This document shows, one piece after another, positions 1 to 8,450 of a DNA stretch of 18,383 nucleotides (positions are counted from its first letter, which is position 1; each line of letters begins with the position of its first letter). The position numbers and the translations under genes are program-made. The notes beneath the pieces were generated by a model. That model was not told the origin of the DNA, searched no databases, and saw only the letters and a list, made by a program, of their open reading frames with translations. Source of the DNA: an uncultured archaeon (GTDB taxonomy: Archaea > Asgardarchaeota > Heimdallarchaeia > Heimdallarchaeales > Heimdallarchaeaceae). The stretch spans positions 19,726 through 38,108 of the forward strand of contig CAZJUB010000021.1 of assembly GCA_964549075.1 (NCBI GenBank), written 5' to 3'.

Positions 1-425
1 TCTGTAATCCAAATAAGAGAAATTTGACCATCAACCTGTTCTGTAATAAATGGTAAGGATTTCTCACCACCTGAGGCATAAAAACCTCGAAAATCTTGAA
101 TAACGACTGCATAACCTTCTTGAGTGTAAGAAGCCATTAAAGTGAGTGCATCCTTATCATAAGGAGTTCTGATGAATATAGTTGGGAGAGCTTCATTGAG
201 ATTAGAAGGAAGATAAAGATCTGTTGCTAAACCGACTCCATCTAGCATCTTAACTGAATAAGGAACCTTAATGTAATCTGAATAAATGGTGCTATTTTGA
301 GGGAATTGCCAGTCAATACCTGTTGGTTGAGGAAATTGTTTGGGAATAAAAACAACAAGTAATGTACAAACGGAAGCAACAATAATAGTAGTTGAAATCA
401 TTATAGCTAAAGTTTTAGTTTTCAC
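1..425 (-). CDS. CocE/NonD-family (X-Pro dipeptidyl-peptidase S15-like) alpha/beta hydrolase with N-terminal membrane anchor; 3' end runs off the window
   Basis: Not in the ORF track. Manual translation from GTG at 425: MKTKTLAIMISTTIIVASVCTLLVVFIP...MLDGVGLATDLYLP...PTIFIRTPYDK...EGYAVVIQDFRGFYASGG...DG...WIT. DGxxLATDxYLP, RTPY and GYAVVxQDxRG..ASxG are hallmark CocE/NonD N-terminal motifs. The frame is open to the window edge. Confidence 0.92.
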   Translation of the reverse strand, partial: MKTKTLAIMISTTIIVASVCTLLVVFIPKQFPQPTGIDWQFPQNSTIYSDYIKVPYSVKMLDGVGLATDLYLPSNLNEALPTIFIRTPYDKDALTLMASYTQEGYAVVIQDFRGFYASGGEKSLPFITEQVDGQISLIWIT

Positions 426-447
426 AAGATAAAATGGGTGAGCTTCA

Positions 448-459
448 ATATAATTTTTT
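448..459 (-). promoter_or_regulatory. Putative BRE/TATA box for a leaderless CocE/NonD transcript
   Basis: Minus strand AAAAAATTATAT ends 22 nt before the GTG start, the usual archaeal leaderless spacing. Confidence 0.5.
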
Positions 460-475
460 GGTTTTATTGAAGAGG

Positions 476-1150
476 TTAGTTAAAACATTTACCAACTTCA
501 TCATGTAGATCTTTCCTTGCAATAACCAATCCTAACCAGATTATAAAGTCCATGAGATAAGTGCCTTCATCTTCGTCTTCAGTATCTTCTGCTAGTAATC
601 TCTGGATTGCTTCCAAAGATAAACTTTCGAAATTATTAATTAGAATTTCAGTACTAGATTCAGTTAAATCAACTAGAATATTTTCAAGGCATTTAAGATC
701 AGGTTTCTCTCCATTGTATTGGTTTTTTAGTACTTCACCAATAAATTCTACTAAACCTTTTCTTCTATTAATTAATTCTTCTGGAGCATCTTTGTGAAAT
801 GGCGTATTATGTGTTCCAATTAGAAAGAATTTTGCTGTTACTCCGAATAGCGTTTCAGTCTTTAAATTGTCTACATATATCCTCTTTCCGACTTGAGTGA
901 CCATTTCTAAGTCTTTTAGAATACCAATATATCTGTAAATCGTTTTATCAGATTTCTCCTTTATTTCCTTATTAATTTCAGATTCCTTTTTAAATTCCTC
1001 AACAATTTCCTTTACGGTTAAAGGACCTCTTTTATTAAGGATGTTTCTGAGAAATAAAAGATTCTTATCACGAAAGGTGGTATATCCTCTTGGAATTTTT
1101 ATATGTTTAATAGGTTTTGGTTCTACGGCTGTAAAATCCTGATAGTCCAT
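476..1150 (-). CDS. Winged helix-turn-helix (ArsR-like) transcriptional regulator with C-terminal helical domain
   Basis: ILNKRGPLTVKEIVEEF...KSDKTIYRYIGILKDLEMVTQVGKR...TETLFGVTAKFF fits a wHTH recognition helix and wing, and resembles from memory a family expanded in Heimdallarchaeia. SD-like GAGGT at 1157-1161. Confidence 0.8.
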   Translation of the reverse strand: MDYQDFTAVEPKPIKHIKIPRGYTTFRDKNLLFLRNILNKRGPLTVKEIVEEFKKESEINKEIKEKSDKTIYRYIGILKDLEMVTQVGKRIYVDNLKTETLFGVTAKFFLIGTHNTPFHKDAPEELINRRKGLVEFIGEVLKNQYNGEKPDLKCLENILVDLTESSTEILINNFESLSLEAIQRLLAEDTEDEDEGTYLMDFIIWLGLVIARKDLHDEVGKCFN

Positions 1151-1222
1151 AAATTAACCTCTGTCTTTGTTTTCTAAAATATGTGGAACTTCTTTCTTAA
1201 TTATATGAGAATATTACTCGCA

Positions 1223-1230
1223 CTTATAAA
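1223..1230 (-). promoter_or_regulatory. Putative TATA box (TTTATAAG) of the wHTH gene
   Basis: Minus-strand AATTTTATAAG lies about 72 nt upstream of the ATG, implying a leadered mRNA consistent with the SD. The same 11-mer occurs at 2703-2713 upstream of the 389-aa gene. Confidence 0.45.
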
Positions 1231-1241
1231 ATTGTTGTGCT

Positions 1242-1261
1242 TCCTTTTAATTTTAAAAGGA
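1242..1261. promoter_or_regulatory. Perfect 9-2-9 inverted repeat TCCTTTTAA-TT-TTAAAAGGA, candidate operator
   Basis: Read directly from the sequence; about 11 bp upstream of the putative TATA of the wHTH gene. Confidence 0.4.
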
Positions 1262-1509
1262 TGAACTATTTGATAACTAGTGATAGATCAGAAATGCAAA
1301 GTTGGAGCTTTAAATAAGGAAATAGTGTTAATTTTAGCTATTAAAATATTAAGAACAGAAATAATCGAATTACCATACACTCAAACTTTAAGTCAGGAAT
1401 TATAAAGCATCTTTTAAAAAAATGATCTCGAGATTTTGCTTCATTTTTACTTCTAGAAAATAGTAGAAGAGATTATAAATTTTAAAAAAGAGAGTATGTT
1501 GAACAATTA

Positions 1510-2679
1510 CTACTTTCTACGAAGTTTATCAATAAATCTATATCTTTTATCTAACATCTGTAATATTACAGAAACTGCTACTATAACAGATAATGATATG
1601 AGAATAATTCTGAGATACAGAGGCATCGTTGGTGGTTCATTAGTAGGAGTCATGAAATTATCAAAGGTGAGAAGATAATTATTATCTGTTGTTAGATTAA
1701 AGAAGTCGGTAACTATAATACGTAATTCGTGTTCTCCATCTTCATATTGCGTAGTATTAATGGTTATAGTGAGAATTCCAGAAAAATCTTCAATTCCGTT
1801 CTTATTATAATAATATTGAATAAGCTGATTATCCAAAAAAACAGATATATTAGTTAGATCTGAAATTCCTCTAAAAACCTGAAAATGTCCTTGGACAGTA
1901 CCTGAATGGATTGTGTTTACAAAATTTTCATAGGCATCAGGTTCCACAAGTGGAGGAACTACAGCTCGGAAAAAATAGAACTTGATAGAGTTGGTTCCAT
2001 TAGGTAGAGAAGAAGTTACATCAAAGACTAATTTGTGAGTAGTAACATTAAAGTTTAATGGTTCTATAATAAGATTAAGACAAGTATCATTTGTCCAAGT
2101 AAAATTACTTGAGTCCAATTCATACAAATTGCTTGAAACCTGATAATGTATAAGTAGATTTAACGAATTGTTTTTTTCATTAAATGAAGCTTGTAGAAGA
2201 ACCGTTTCATCATATGTATAACATGGAATTGGGGAGGAATAATCAGGAAAATGAAAAAAATCATTATGATAAATTGTATCATAAGAAAAATCTATTGAGA
2301 TGACTGGAAAATAGCTAAAGAACACACTCTCAACAACTGTATCATTATTTGATTGTGCAATTCCAGTTAGATTATAGTACCCTCTTACAGATAGAATTAG
2401 ATCAGTATTGTTGAGAGTATTTGATATAAATGAACCATTTAGATAAAATTCTAGTTGAGCAGATATGTTGTTTAAATAATAACTCAAAATAGGCATTTCA
2501 TAAATAATAGAATTATTTTCTGGTGCCATAATATAAAAAATAGAAGATTCATCTAGTATCTGAGAATTCTGAGAATAATTACCTATAAACGAACCTTTTG
2601 TGTGATATACAATAGGGAAAGATACTAAAATAAAAACGAAAAAACATTTGATAATTGTTTTTAATTTTATTATTATCAT
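1510..2679 (-). CDS. Membrane-anchored cell-surface (glyco)protein with Ig-like beta domains
   Basis: N-terminal hydrophobic signal, 15 N-x-S/T sequons counted by hand, an Ig-like segment INTTQYEDGEHELRIIVTD, a P/T linker (TPTNEPPT), a C-terminal TM helix and a basic tail (KRYRFIDKLRRK). Confidence 0.75.
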   Translation of the reverse strand: MIIIKLKTIIKCFFVFILVSFPIVYHTKGSFIGNYSQNSQILDESSIFYIMAPENNSIIYEMPILSYYLNNISAQLEFYLNGSFISNTLNNTDLILSVRGYYNLTGIAQSNNDTVVESVFFSYFPVISIDFSYDTIYHNDFFHFPDYSSPIPCYTYDETVLLQASFNEKNNSLNLLIHYQVSSNLYELDSSNFTWTNDTCLNLIIEPLNFNVTTHKLVFDVTSSLPNGTNSIKFYFFRAVVPPLVEPDAYENFVNTIHSGTVQGHFQVFRGISDLTNISVFLDNQLIQYYYNKNGIEDFSGILTITINTTQYEDGEHELRIIVTDFFNLTTDNNYLLTFDNFMTPTNEPPTMPLYLRIILISLSVIVAVSVILQMLDKRYRFIDKLRRK

Positions 2680-2702
2680 TATCTAACCAAATAAAATAAA
2701 AT

Positions 2703-2710
2703 CTTATAAA
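2703..2710 (-). promoter_or_regulatory. Putative TATA box (TTTATAAG) for the 389-aa surface protein
   Basis: Ends 23 nt upstream of the ATG at 2679, with an A-rich BRE-like stretch upstream. Confidence 0.5.
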
Positions 2711-2858
2711 ATTTTTGGAATAAATTTAGCTATTTTTTGATTTTAAGTCAATAGACAGTAAGAATATTATTAAATTAAGATGTAAAATAATCAAAAATGT
2801 ATTGTCTTTCTTTATATTTATATTTTTCTACCTTTAAACTGAGTATTTTAAATAATAT

Positions 2859-2898
2859 TTTATAAATATTTTCTTTAAAAAAAGGTAAAAACGGAGGT
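2859..2898 (+). promoter_or_regulatory. TATA box (TTTATAAA, 2859-2866) and Shine-Dalgarno (GGAGGT, 2893-2898) for the 166-aa gene
   Basis: Both motifs read directly; the SD lies 6 nt before the TTG start at 2905. Confidence 0.6.
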
Positions 2899-2904
2899 TG
2901 GATT

Positions 2905-3405
2905 TTGCAAAAGAAATTTAGAACTTTAGTATTTATTGCTATTATGACTTTAACATCAATTTCTTTATTGATAACTACAACTAATGCAGCAGTTCAGGTT
3001 TTTGACGATACTTACGTAACTGATGACGAATATATTATGATAATGTACAATGTTGCTGTGTGGTCTAATAAACATGTTGAAGTAGAAGTCAATTATAAGC
3101 ATCATAGTACTAATCCTGACATGTGTACCTTTTGGTATTTCGCAATTCGTATAGGAGGAGTATATGGAGATGTATACAGTGATGATAATATTTCAGAACA
3201 TGCCCCTAACGAATGGAAATATGCATATTTAGATGGATACGCTGATGATTGGGCGATTGATATTGATATTCAAATGAAAACGATAAGTTATGAATATTTA
3301 ACAAAATATGCAATATATCAATTAGTTGTATTCTCTTCAGGATGGGCTTTTGTAGGAAGTTACTTTATTTTACTAAATTCTAATCCTGCATTTCCAGTTT
3401 ATTAA
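2905..3405 (+). CDS. Small secreted beta-rich hypothetical protein
   Basis: Basic-hydrophobic signal peptide ending TNAA, aromatic/acidic beta-strand pattern in the mature part, strong SD, T-tract downstream. No family recognised. Confidence 0.75.
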   Translation: MQKKFRTLVFIAIMTLTSISLLITTTNAAVQVFDDTYVTDDEYIMIMYNVAVWSNKHVEVEVNYKHHSTNPDMCTFWYFAIRIGGVYGDVYSDDNISEHAPNEWKYAYLDGYADDWAIDIDIQMKTISYEYLTKYAIYQLVVFSSGWAFVGSYFILLNSNPAFPVY

Positions 3406-3416
3406 AGCTGGTTATG

Positions 3417-3429
3417 TTTATTTTTTTTT
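3417..3429 (+). terminator. Oligo-T archaeal terminator candidate
   Basis: TTTATTTTTTTTT about 11 nt after the stop of 2905..3405. Confidence 0.45.
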
Positions 3430-3477
3430 AGATTATTCTTAGATAAATTTTCTTATAAGATACTCAGTACGTATAAA

Positions 3478-3636
3478 CTATAAAACTTTTCCAATATTTG
3501 CCCCTTGTTTTAAACCTTCCTCATAAGCTTCTTTCATCCTTTTTCTGAGCTCCTCGTCTAATAAATTCTTATTATCCTTCTTTTTTTGTTTCTTTTCTTT
3601 TCTGACAAAGAATGAATATAATATGTCTTTAAGCAT
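3478..3636 (-). CDS. Small basic/charged hypothetical protein, 52 aa (not in the ORF track)
   Basis: MLKDILYSFFVRKEKKQKKKDNKNLLDEELRKRMKEAYEEGLKQGANIGKVL*. Purine-rich coding-like strand, with TATA-like TTAAATAA (3661-3668) ending 24 nt before the ATG. Confidence 0.6.
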   Translation of the reverse strand: MLKDILYSFFVRKEKKQKKKDNKNLLDEELRKRMKEAYEEGLKQGANIGKVL

Positions 3637-3765
3637 CAATTATATGATTAGTAATAATTGTTATTTAACATTATCTATTACAAAATGAAAAGTAAGTTCT
3701 ATATGATTTTAATGATTTTAAATCAGTACTATACTTCGAATGTGTTTTTTTATAGTTCCTGCGAC

Positions 3766-3783
3766 CTTGTCTACACAGACAAG
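3766..3783. repeat. Perfect 7-4-7 inverted repeat CTTGTCT-ACAC-AGACAAG
   Basis: Read directly; lies in the divergent intergenic region upstream of the ABC operon. Confidence 0.4.
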
Positions 3784-4038
3784 TAAGTAAAAGTCATATA
3801 AAGCAATAGTTGTGCATTTGTTAGAATATTGATCTTATTGAAAGAACATATGTCTTATCATTTTCTATTTTTAAAATTCTCATCATTTTAAGAATGGTGT
3901 TCTTACTGACGTAAGATTTTTAAGTGTGTTGAACTTTGAGTTGTTAATCATTAAAAAATGGTTTGCTGAAATCATTCAGAGGAAATCAGTTTTTAATATA
4001 CGTTACAAAAAAAATATAAACGCACCAAGGTCACTCAC

Positions 4039-7000
4039 ATGAATATGTTATCAAGAAAAAAACTAATATTTATACTGTTTTCTTTAATTCTGTTAGGCTC
4101 ATTTTTCATTGTACCAACTCAAGCCTTAGAAAATGAAGATCTTATTTATTTAACTGATCTTGTTGAAGATGGTGGAATATTAGAATCCAAAGTGATGCTA
4201 GATAGTTCAGGTAATTTACATTCTTTTCTTAAAGTTAGGAACAGTAATGGTACAAGGCTTATTCATCTATATTATATTGAGGGAGTAGTGAATTTCGATA
4301 TTATTGTAGATTACGCGCAAGGAGTCAATCTACTATATACTTATGTTGAAGGTTCGAAAGTAGGTCTTGTTTACTCAATTAATATTTCTCTAGGAGCAAA
4401 ACAGTTCAGATTATATGAATATCAACCTGGGTATAGTGAAGATATGTTGTTGTTTCAATTGGCAGCAGAACTATATATCTGGTACATAACCTTCTACAAA
4501 TTCATCTATACTGGTGGTTTGATTCATTGTTTTCATAATATCTTTTGGGGAGGAATGAATGAAAATATGAATATCACCCACTATTGGGGTCCTCCGGGAG
4601 GAACAATTTATAGTGAAAGTTATTTTATAGCTGATGATAACGCAAAATCTGTAATCGATTTGGTAGTAGATGACACGTCTCATATCTGGTATATTTATCA
4701 ATTAAGACAAACTGAGTATGGTATCGGGGTAGGGGAGTTAGACAATTCTGGCTATAATTTAGCTCTTGTAACTACACGAACTTTTAGTGACGTTCTTTAC
4801 GATGTTTCTAAATTTATGGCATTAGCGTGCGATCCTTCTGACGGTGTTTTTTGTTTCACATTTGTTAATCCACTCAAGCTCTACTGGGGATATTTTAACG
4901 GAATCTCTCTTACTGAAAATGTTCAAGCAACCTTTTACGATAATCCTATTGATTTCAATTTCAATATAGATGGTTTGTCAACTTCAATTTTAGTATTCAA
5001 CTTAGTAGATGAAAATATTCTGAATCTGTATCATTATATTTTAACAGGCACTACTTGGGGAGTTCAAAGCATCCAATCTCAAGAAAAGATTCTGGAAAAT
5101 CAATATGCATCATATCTCCAAGGAAATAGTTTTGTTGTAATATTTTCTACACTCATAGACACAACTCCTTATGGTCCAGAACGTCCACTAGCATTCAGAG
5201 ATAAGACAGGTTTAGCCCTTTTTGTGATTACTGATACAATAATTGAGACTGAATTATACATTGAATCCTTACAAGTATACAATCCAATAATAGAATTTTT
5301 TGTAACTAGATGGTGGGTTTTAGTAATTATAGTTGGATTGTTAGCAATCATAGGTATAATCCTGTGGATCTCCTTAAGGAGGAGAAAGAAAGAAATTGTT
5401 GCTTTTCTAACTGACACTCAGGTCGGTGAACACAAATCTAAATTTGTTCTTTTCTTTTTAAATATTGGTCGTTTAATTCGAAATGGATTAAGTACTATCT
5501 TTACAATTTGGTTATCCAATAAAAAACGTTCAATATTAACTTTGGCTGGATTCCTTATTACTGGATACCTATTAAGTTCAGCAGTTATCATAGCACAAAG
5601 TGAAGAATCAGCGATGATTAAAGCTTTTAACAGATCTTTTCCACTCATTGCAGATGGAGAGATTTCAGCTAGACTAGAAACATCTTTTATCACCGGTAAT
5701 TTTACGTTAATTCAACCTTCTTATGGAACTGACGCTAGAGAAGAGATACTTGATCTTTATAATGGTATGACAGTTGCTAATTATATAGAAGATTTGGTTT
5801 CCGGTTATAGAACTATACTGCGGGTATACAAACCTTATGGTTCGAATGACTACAGTTTTGTTGGATTACCAAACGATTGTGATGATTTTCTCAGTACTAT
5901 GTTGATTGATGGAAGAATGCCAATAAATGAAACCGAAGTAGTAATTACAGAAGCATTATCACTTTCAGCAAGTGTAGATGTTAATGAAACTTTAACATTA
6001 GGGGCTTGGGCAAACTTCTGGGTAGGAGGAACTGGAGCACCTCCTGGTGTGGATGATTATAAAATAAATTGTACAGTAGTTGGGATTTTCGAAAGAATAA
6101 GCGTTGGTCAAGCTAAAAGAGTATCAGAACAACTAGGACTGCCTTATGATATTTATACAATAGCATCAGAAAATGCAGATATCATAACTAAGCAAAATAA
6201 CTTCTTTGAGATATTATCCCAAGGAGAAAAAATGAATCTCGGTATGTGGGGATATTATCAGCTGTTGATGAATTTTAATTCGTTTAGTATAACAGACAGA
6301 ACTCAATTAGTTGAAGAACAGGAAGATATGCAACAGAGAATATTCACATTTAGTTTCGATCCATCCTCAACAATAAGTACACAAGTCATAGATGAGGTAC
6401 ATGATTTTGAAGAAACAACTGAGTTGAAAATGTTCTTTGAATCATTTAACACATATTACTTAAACAATATGGCAAGACTACTTATCTTTGCAATTCCAGC
6501 AATTTTGTTATCTATATTTATGGTATTTGAATCTTCAGATTTATTTTCTTCCAGTTATGAACAAGAGATGGAGATTCTAAAAAACAGAGGTATTTCGACA
6601 GGAAGACTATTCTCAACATATTTAATTATTAGATTAGCGGAAATTATTGTTGCAAGTCTAGCTAGTTTAGGAATAGCAGTGGGAACGGCAGTCCCACTAA
6701 TAAAAATTGACGGTTTTATTTCCTTTACTAATACTGATACTCACCTGGTAATAGGTAGTATTCCGATGATTTTAGGTTTAACAGCAGCAGTGTTGTTTAT
6801 CGTTTCTGTTCCTCGAATCTTCATTCTAGTAAGAAGAAAGAGAGAAATCGAGAAAGCACCTAGAATCTCTAGAAGAAAAATCAAGAAAGAACCAGAACCT
6901 ACCTTTGACATTCCTAAAGAAGAAATAAAGATAGGTGAAGGAAAAACTGCGGGTGAAAGTTTAGCAGCTGGTTATTCAGAAAAAGAAACAGAGACAACAT

Positions 7001-8442
7001 TTGCTTCCATATTTACTTTCTTGGCAAAATCCAAGTTATTATCCTGGAGAGATATTTTCTTCTTAGGTCTTGGAATAGGTTTATTCTACTTCTTCTATAA
7101 TAAAACATTCATAGCTTTTGATACACAAGCTGTAGATGACTTTACACTATTTTTGTTCTTGACAATAGCCGGTGCAATTTTTACCTTGATAGGAGGATTG
7201 CCTTTTGCAGTAAAACTGTTAGGACTTATTCAGAAATCCATAAGTGCATTAATATGGAGATATAAGAAATCTCGATTTACCTTTTCACTTGCAGAGATTG
7301 GAAAAGATATTAGACACTTTGAAAATATTACCTTAATTTTCTTACTTGTAGTTCTTATAATTGTTCCTGTTTTAATTGTTCCATACTCAAAAGAAACAAC
7401 TCTAACGGAGCAAGCTTATTTCATGAATGGAACTGATATCAGAATAATGAATTGGGATGATGTTAAATATATTGCAGTAGAAGATTTAGAACAAATTCCA
7501 CAAATAAGAAGCTTTACACGCATAAAAGAATACACATTATATACTGGAGATTTTGATCAAGCTCGTTTACTTGTTATAAATGTGACGGATTTCATTAAAA
7601 CGATGACAGTTCCGTCTGAAAGTGTCACAACACTAGATTGGAACCTAATTGCATTGCTCAATATATCTAATATGTTAATTTCAAATCCTATGAAAACTTT
7701 CTGGAGCAAACCAATTGGAGGAACATTTACTTTCTCAGAACTTGGTTTTTCAGATGTTTTTATGACAATTTTAGGTAATTTCAACCTATTTCCAGTCTAT
7801 TTTTCAAATTGGGATTTAGCAAATGATGAACATATGATGATTATGTCAACAGAAGCTTTCAATACTGTCGATCCTTTAATTTCTAGAAAATTAAAATTCA
7901 AAGATGAAATCTTCATAAGAACATACGATGAAAAAGATGTTTCAATAGTCTTGGATAAAATGTATGATATTGAACAAGGGTTAACAATAGATACCGTTGC
8001 AGAGGTTAAAGCTAATCTTAAAACACCACTGTATAATATCTTTATAATCGAAATGTTACTGTCTCTCTTTGTAGCAACAGGAGTTCTAGTGTTCTCAACA
8101 TTTACAACAGCAATAAAAATACTGGAGAAGAGAGTAATAAAGCATGATATAATGAAGAAAATGGGTATAAATACGTCGCGAATAGTAACAATGTCTACGG
8201 TGCAGACAATGTTAGCTGCAATAGGCCCTGCTTTATTAATAGGTGCTATAGTAGGATTCAACATAATAGAACCCATTCTGAAACAACTAAATTATGGAGC
8301 AGCACCATACCAATTTTACATAAACTACCCATATATTATGATAGCAGTGCTATTCGTAGGAATACCGTTGTTAATCTATATAAGTTTGAACTACTTCCTG
8401 AAACGGGAATTTAGTAGATATGCACCAACAATGATGGAGTAA
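4039..8442 (+). CDS. Type VII ABC transporter permease (two fused MacB/FtsX-like units) with an extra N-terminal extracellular beta-rich domain
   Basis: Signal peptide, about 390-aa beta-rich domain, TM at about aa 425-446. Unit 1 has GRMPINETEVVI and EQEMEILKNRGIS; unit 2 has GTDIRI and HDIMKKMGIN, followed by three TMs. Adjacent to a LolD-type ATPase. Confidence 0.88.
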   Translation: MNMLSRKKLIFILFSLILLGSFFIVPTQALENEDLIYLTDLVEDGGILESKVMLDSSGNLHSFLKVRNSNGTRLIHLYYIEGVVNFDIIVDYAQGVNLLYTYVEGSKVGLVYSINISLGAKQFRLYEYQPGYSEDMLLFQLAAELYIWYITFYKFIYTGGLIHCFHNIFWGGMNENMNITHYWGPPGGTIYSESYFIADDNAKSVIDLVVDDTSHIWYIYQLRQTEYGIGVGELDNSGYNLALVTTRTFSDVLYDVSKFMALACDPSDGVFCFTFVNPLKLYWGYFNGISLTENVQATFYDNPIDFNFNIDGLSTSILVFNLVDENILNLYHYILTGTTWGVQSIQSQEKILENQYASYLQGNSFVVIFSTLIDTTPYGPERPLAFRDKTGLALFVITDTIIETELYIESLQVYNPIIEFFVTRWWVLVIIVGLLAIIGIILWISLRRRKKEIVAFLTDTQVGEHKSKFVLFFLNIGRLIRNGLSTIFTIWLSNKKRSILTLAGFLITGYLLSSAVIIAQSEESAMIKAFNRSFPLIADGEISARLETSFITGNFTLIQPSYGTDAREEILDLYNGMTVANYIEDLVSGYRTILRVYKPYGSNDYSFVGLPNDCDDFLSTMLIDGRMPINETEVVITEALSLSASVDVNETLTLGAWANFWVGGTGAPPGVDDYKINCTVVGIFERISVGQAKRVSEQLGLPYDIYTIASENADIITKQNNFFEILSQGEKMNLGMWGYYQLLMNFNSFSITDRTQLVEEQEDMQQRIFTFSFDPSSTISTQVIDEVHDFEETTELKMFFESFNTYYLNNMARLLIFAIPAILLSIFMVFESSDLFSSSYEQEMEILKNRGISTGRLFSTYLIIRLAEIIVASLASLGIAVGTAVPLIKIDGFISFTNTDTHLVIGSIPMILGLTAAVLFIVSVPRIFILVRRKREIEKAPRISRRKIKKEPEPTFDIPKEEIKIGEGKTAGESLAAGYSEKETETTFASIFTFLAKSKLLSWRDIFFLGLGIGLFYFFYNKTFIAFDTQAVDDFTLFLFLTIAGAIFTLIGGLPFAVKLLGLIQKSISALIWRYKKSRFTFSLAEIGKDIRHFENITLIFLLVVLIIVPVLIVPYSKETTLTEQAYFMNGTDIRIMNWDDVKYIAVEDLEQIPQIRSFTRIKEYTLYTGDFDQARLLVINVTDFIKTMTVPSESVTTLDWNLIALLNISNMLISNPMKTFWSKPIGGTFTFSELGFSDVFMTILGNFNLFPVYFSNWDLANDEHMMIMSTEAFNTVDPLISRKLKFKDEIFIRTYDEKDVSIVLDKMYDIEQGLTIDTVAEVKANLKTPLYNIFIIEMLLSLFVATGVLVFSTFTTAIKILEKRVIKHDIMKKMGINTSRIVTMSTVQTMLAAIGPALLIGAIVGFNIIEPILKQLNYGAAPYQFYINYPYIMIAVLFVGIPLLIYISLNYFLKREFSRYAPTMME

Positions 8443-8450
8443 GGAAAGAT

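Noticed and set aside
3734-3746. 13-mer CTTCGAATGTGTT repeated at 15532-15544
   Set aside because: A 13-bp match is expected by chance in 18 kb of AT-rich DNA, and the two contexts are unrelated.
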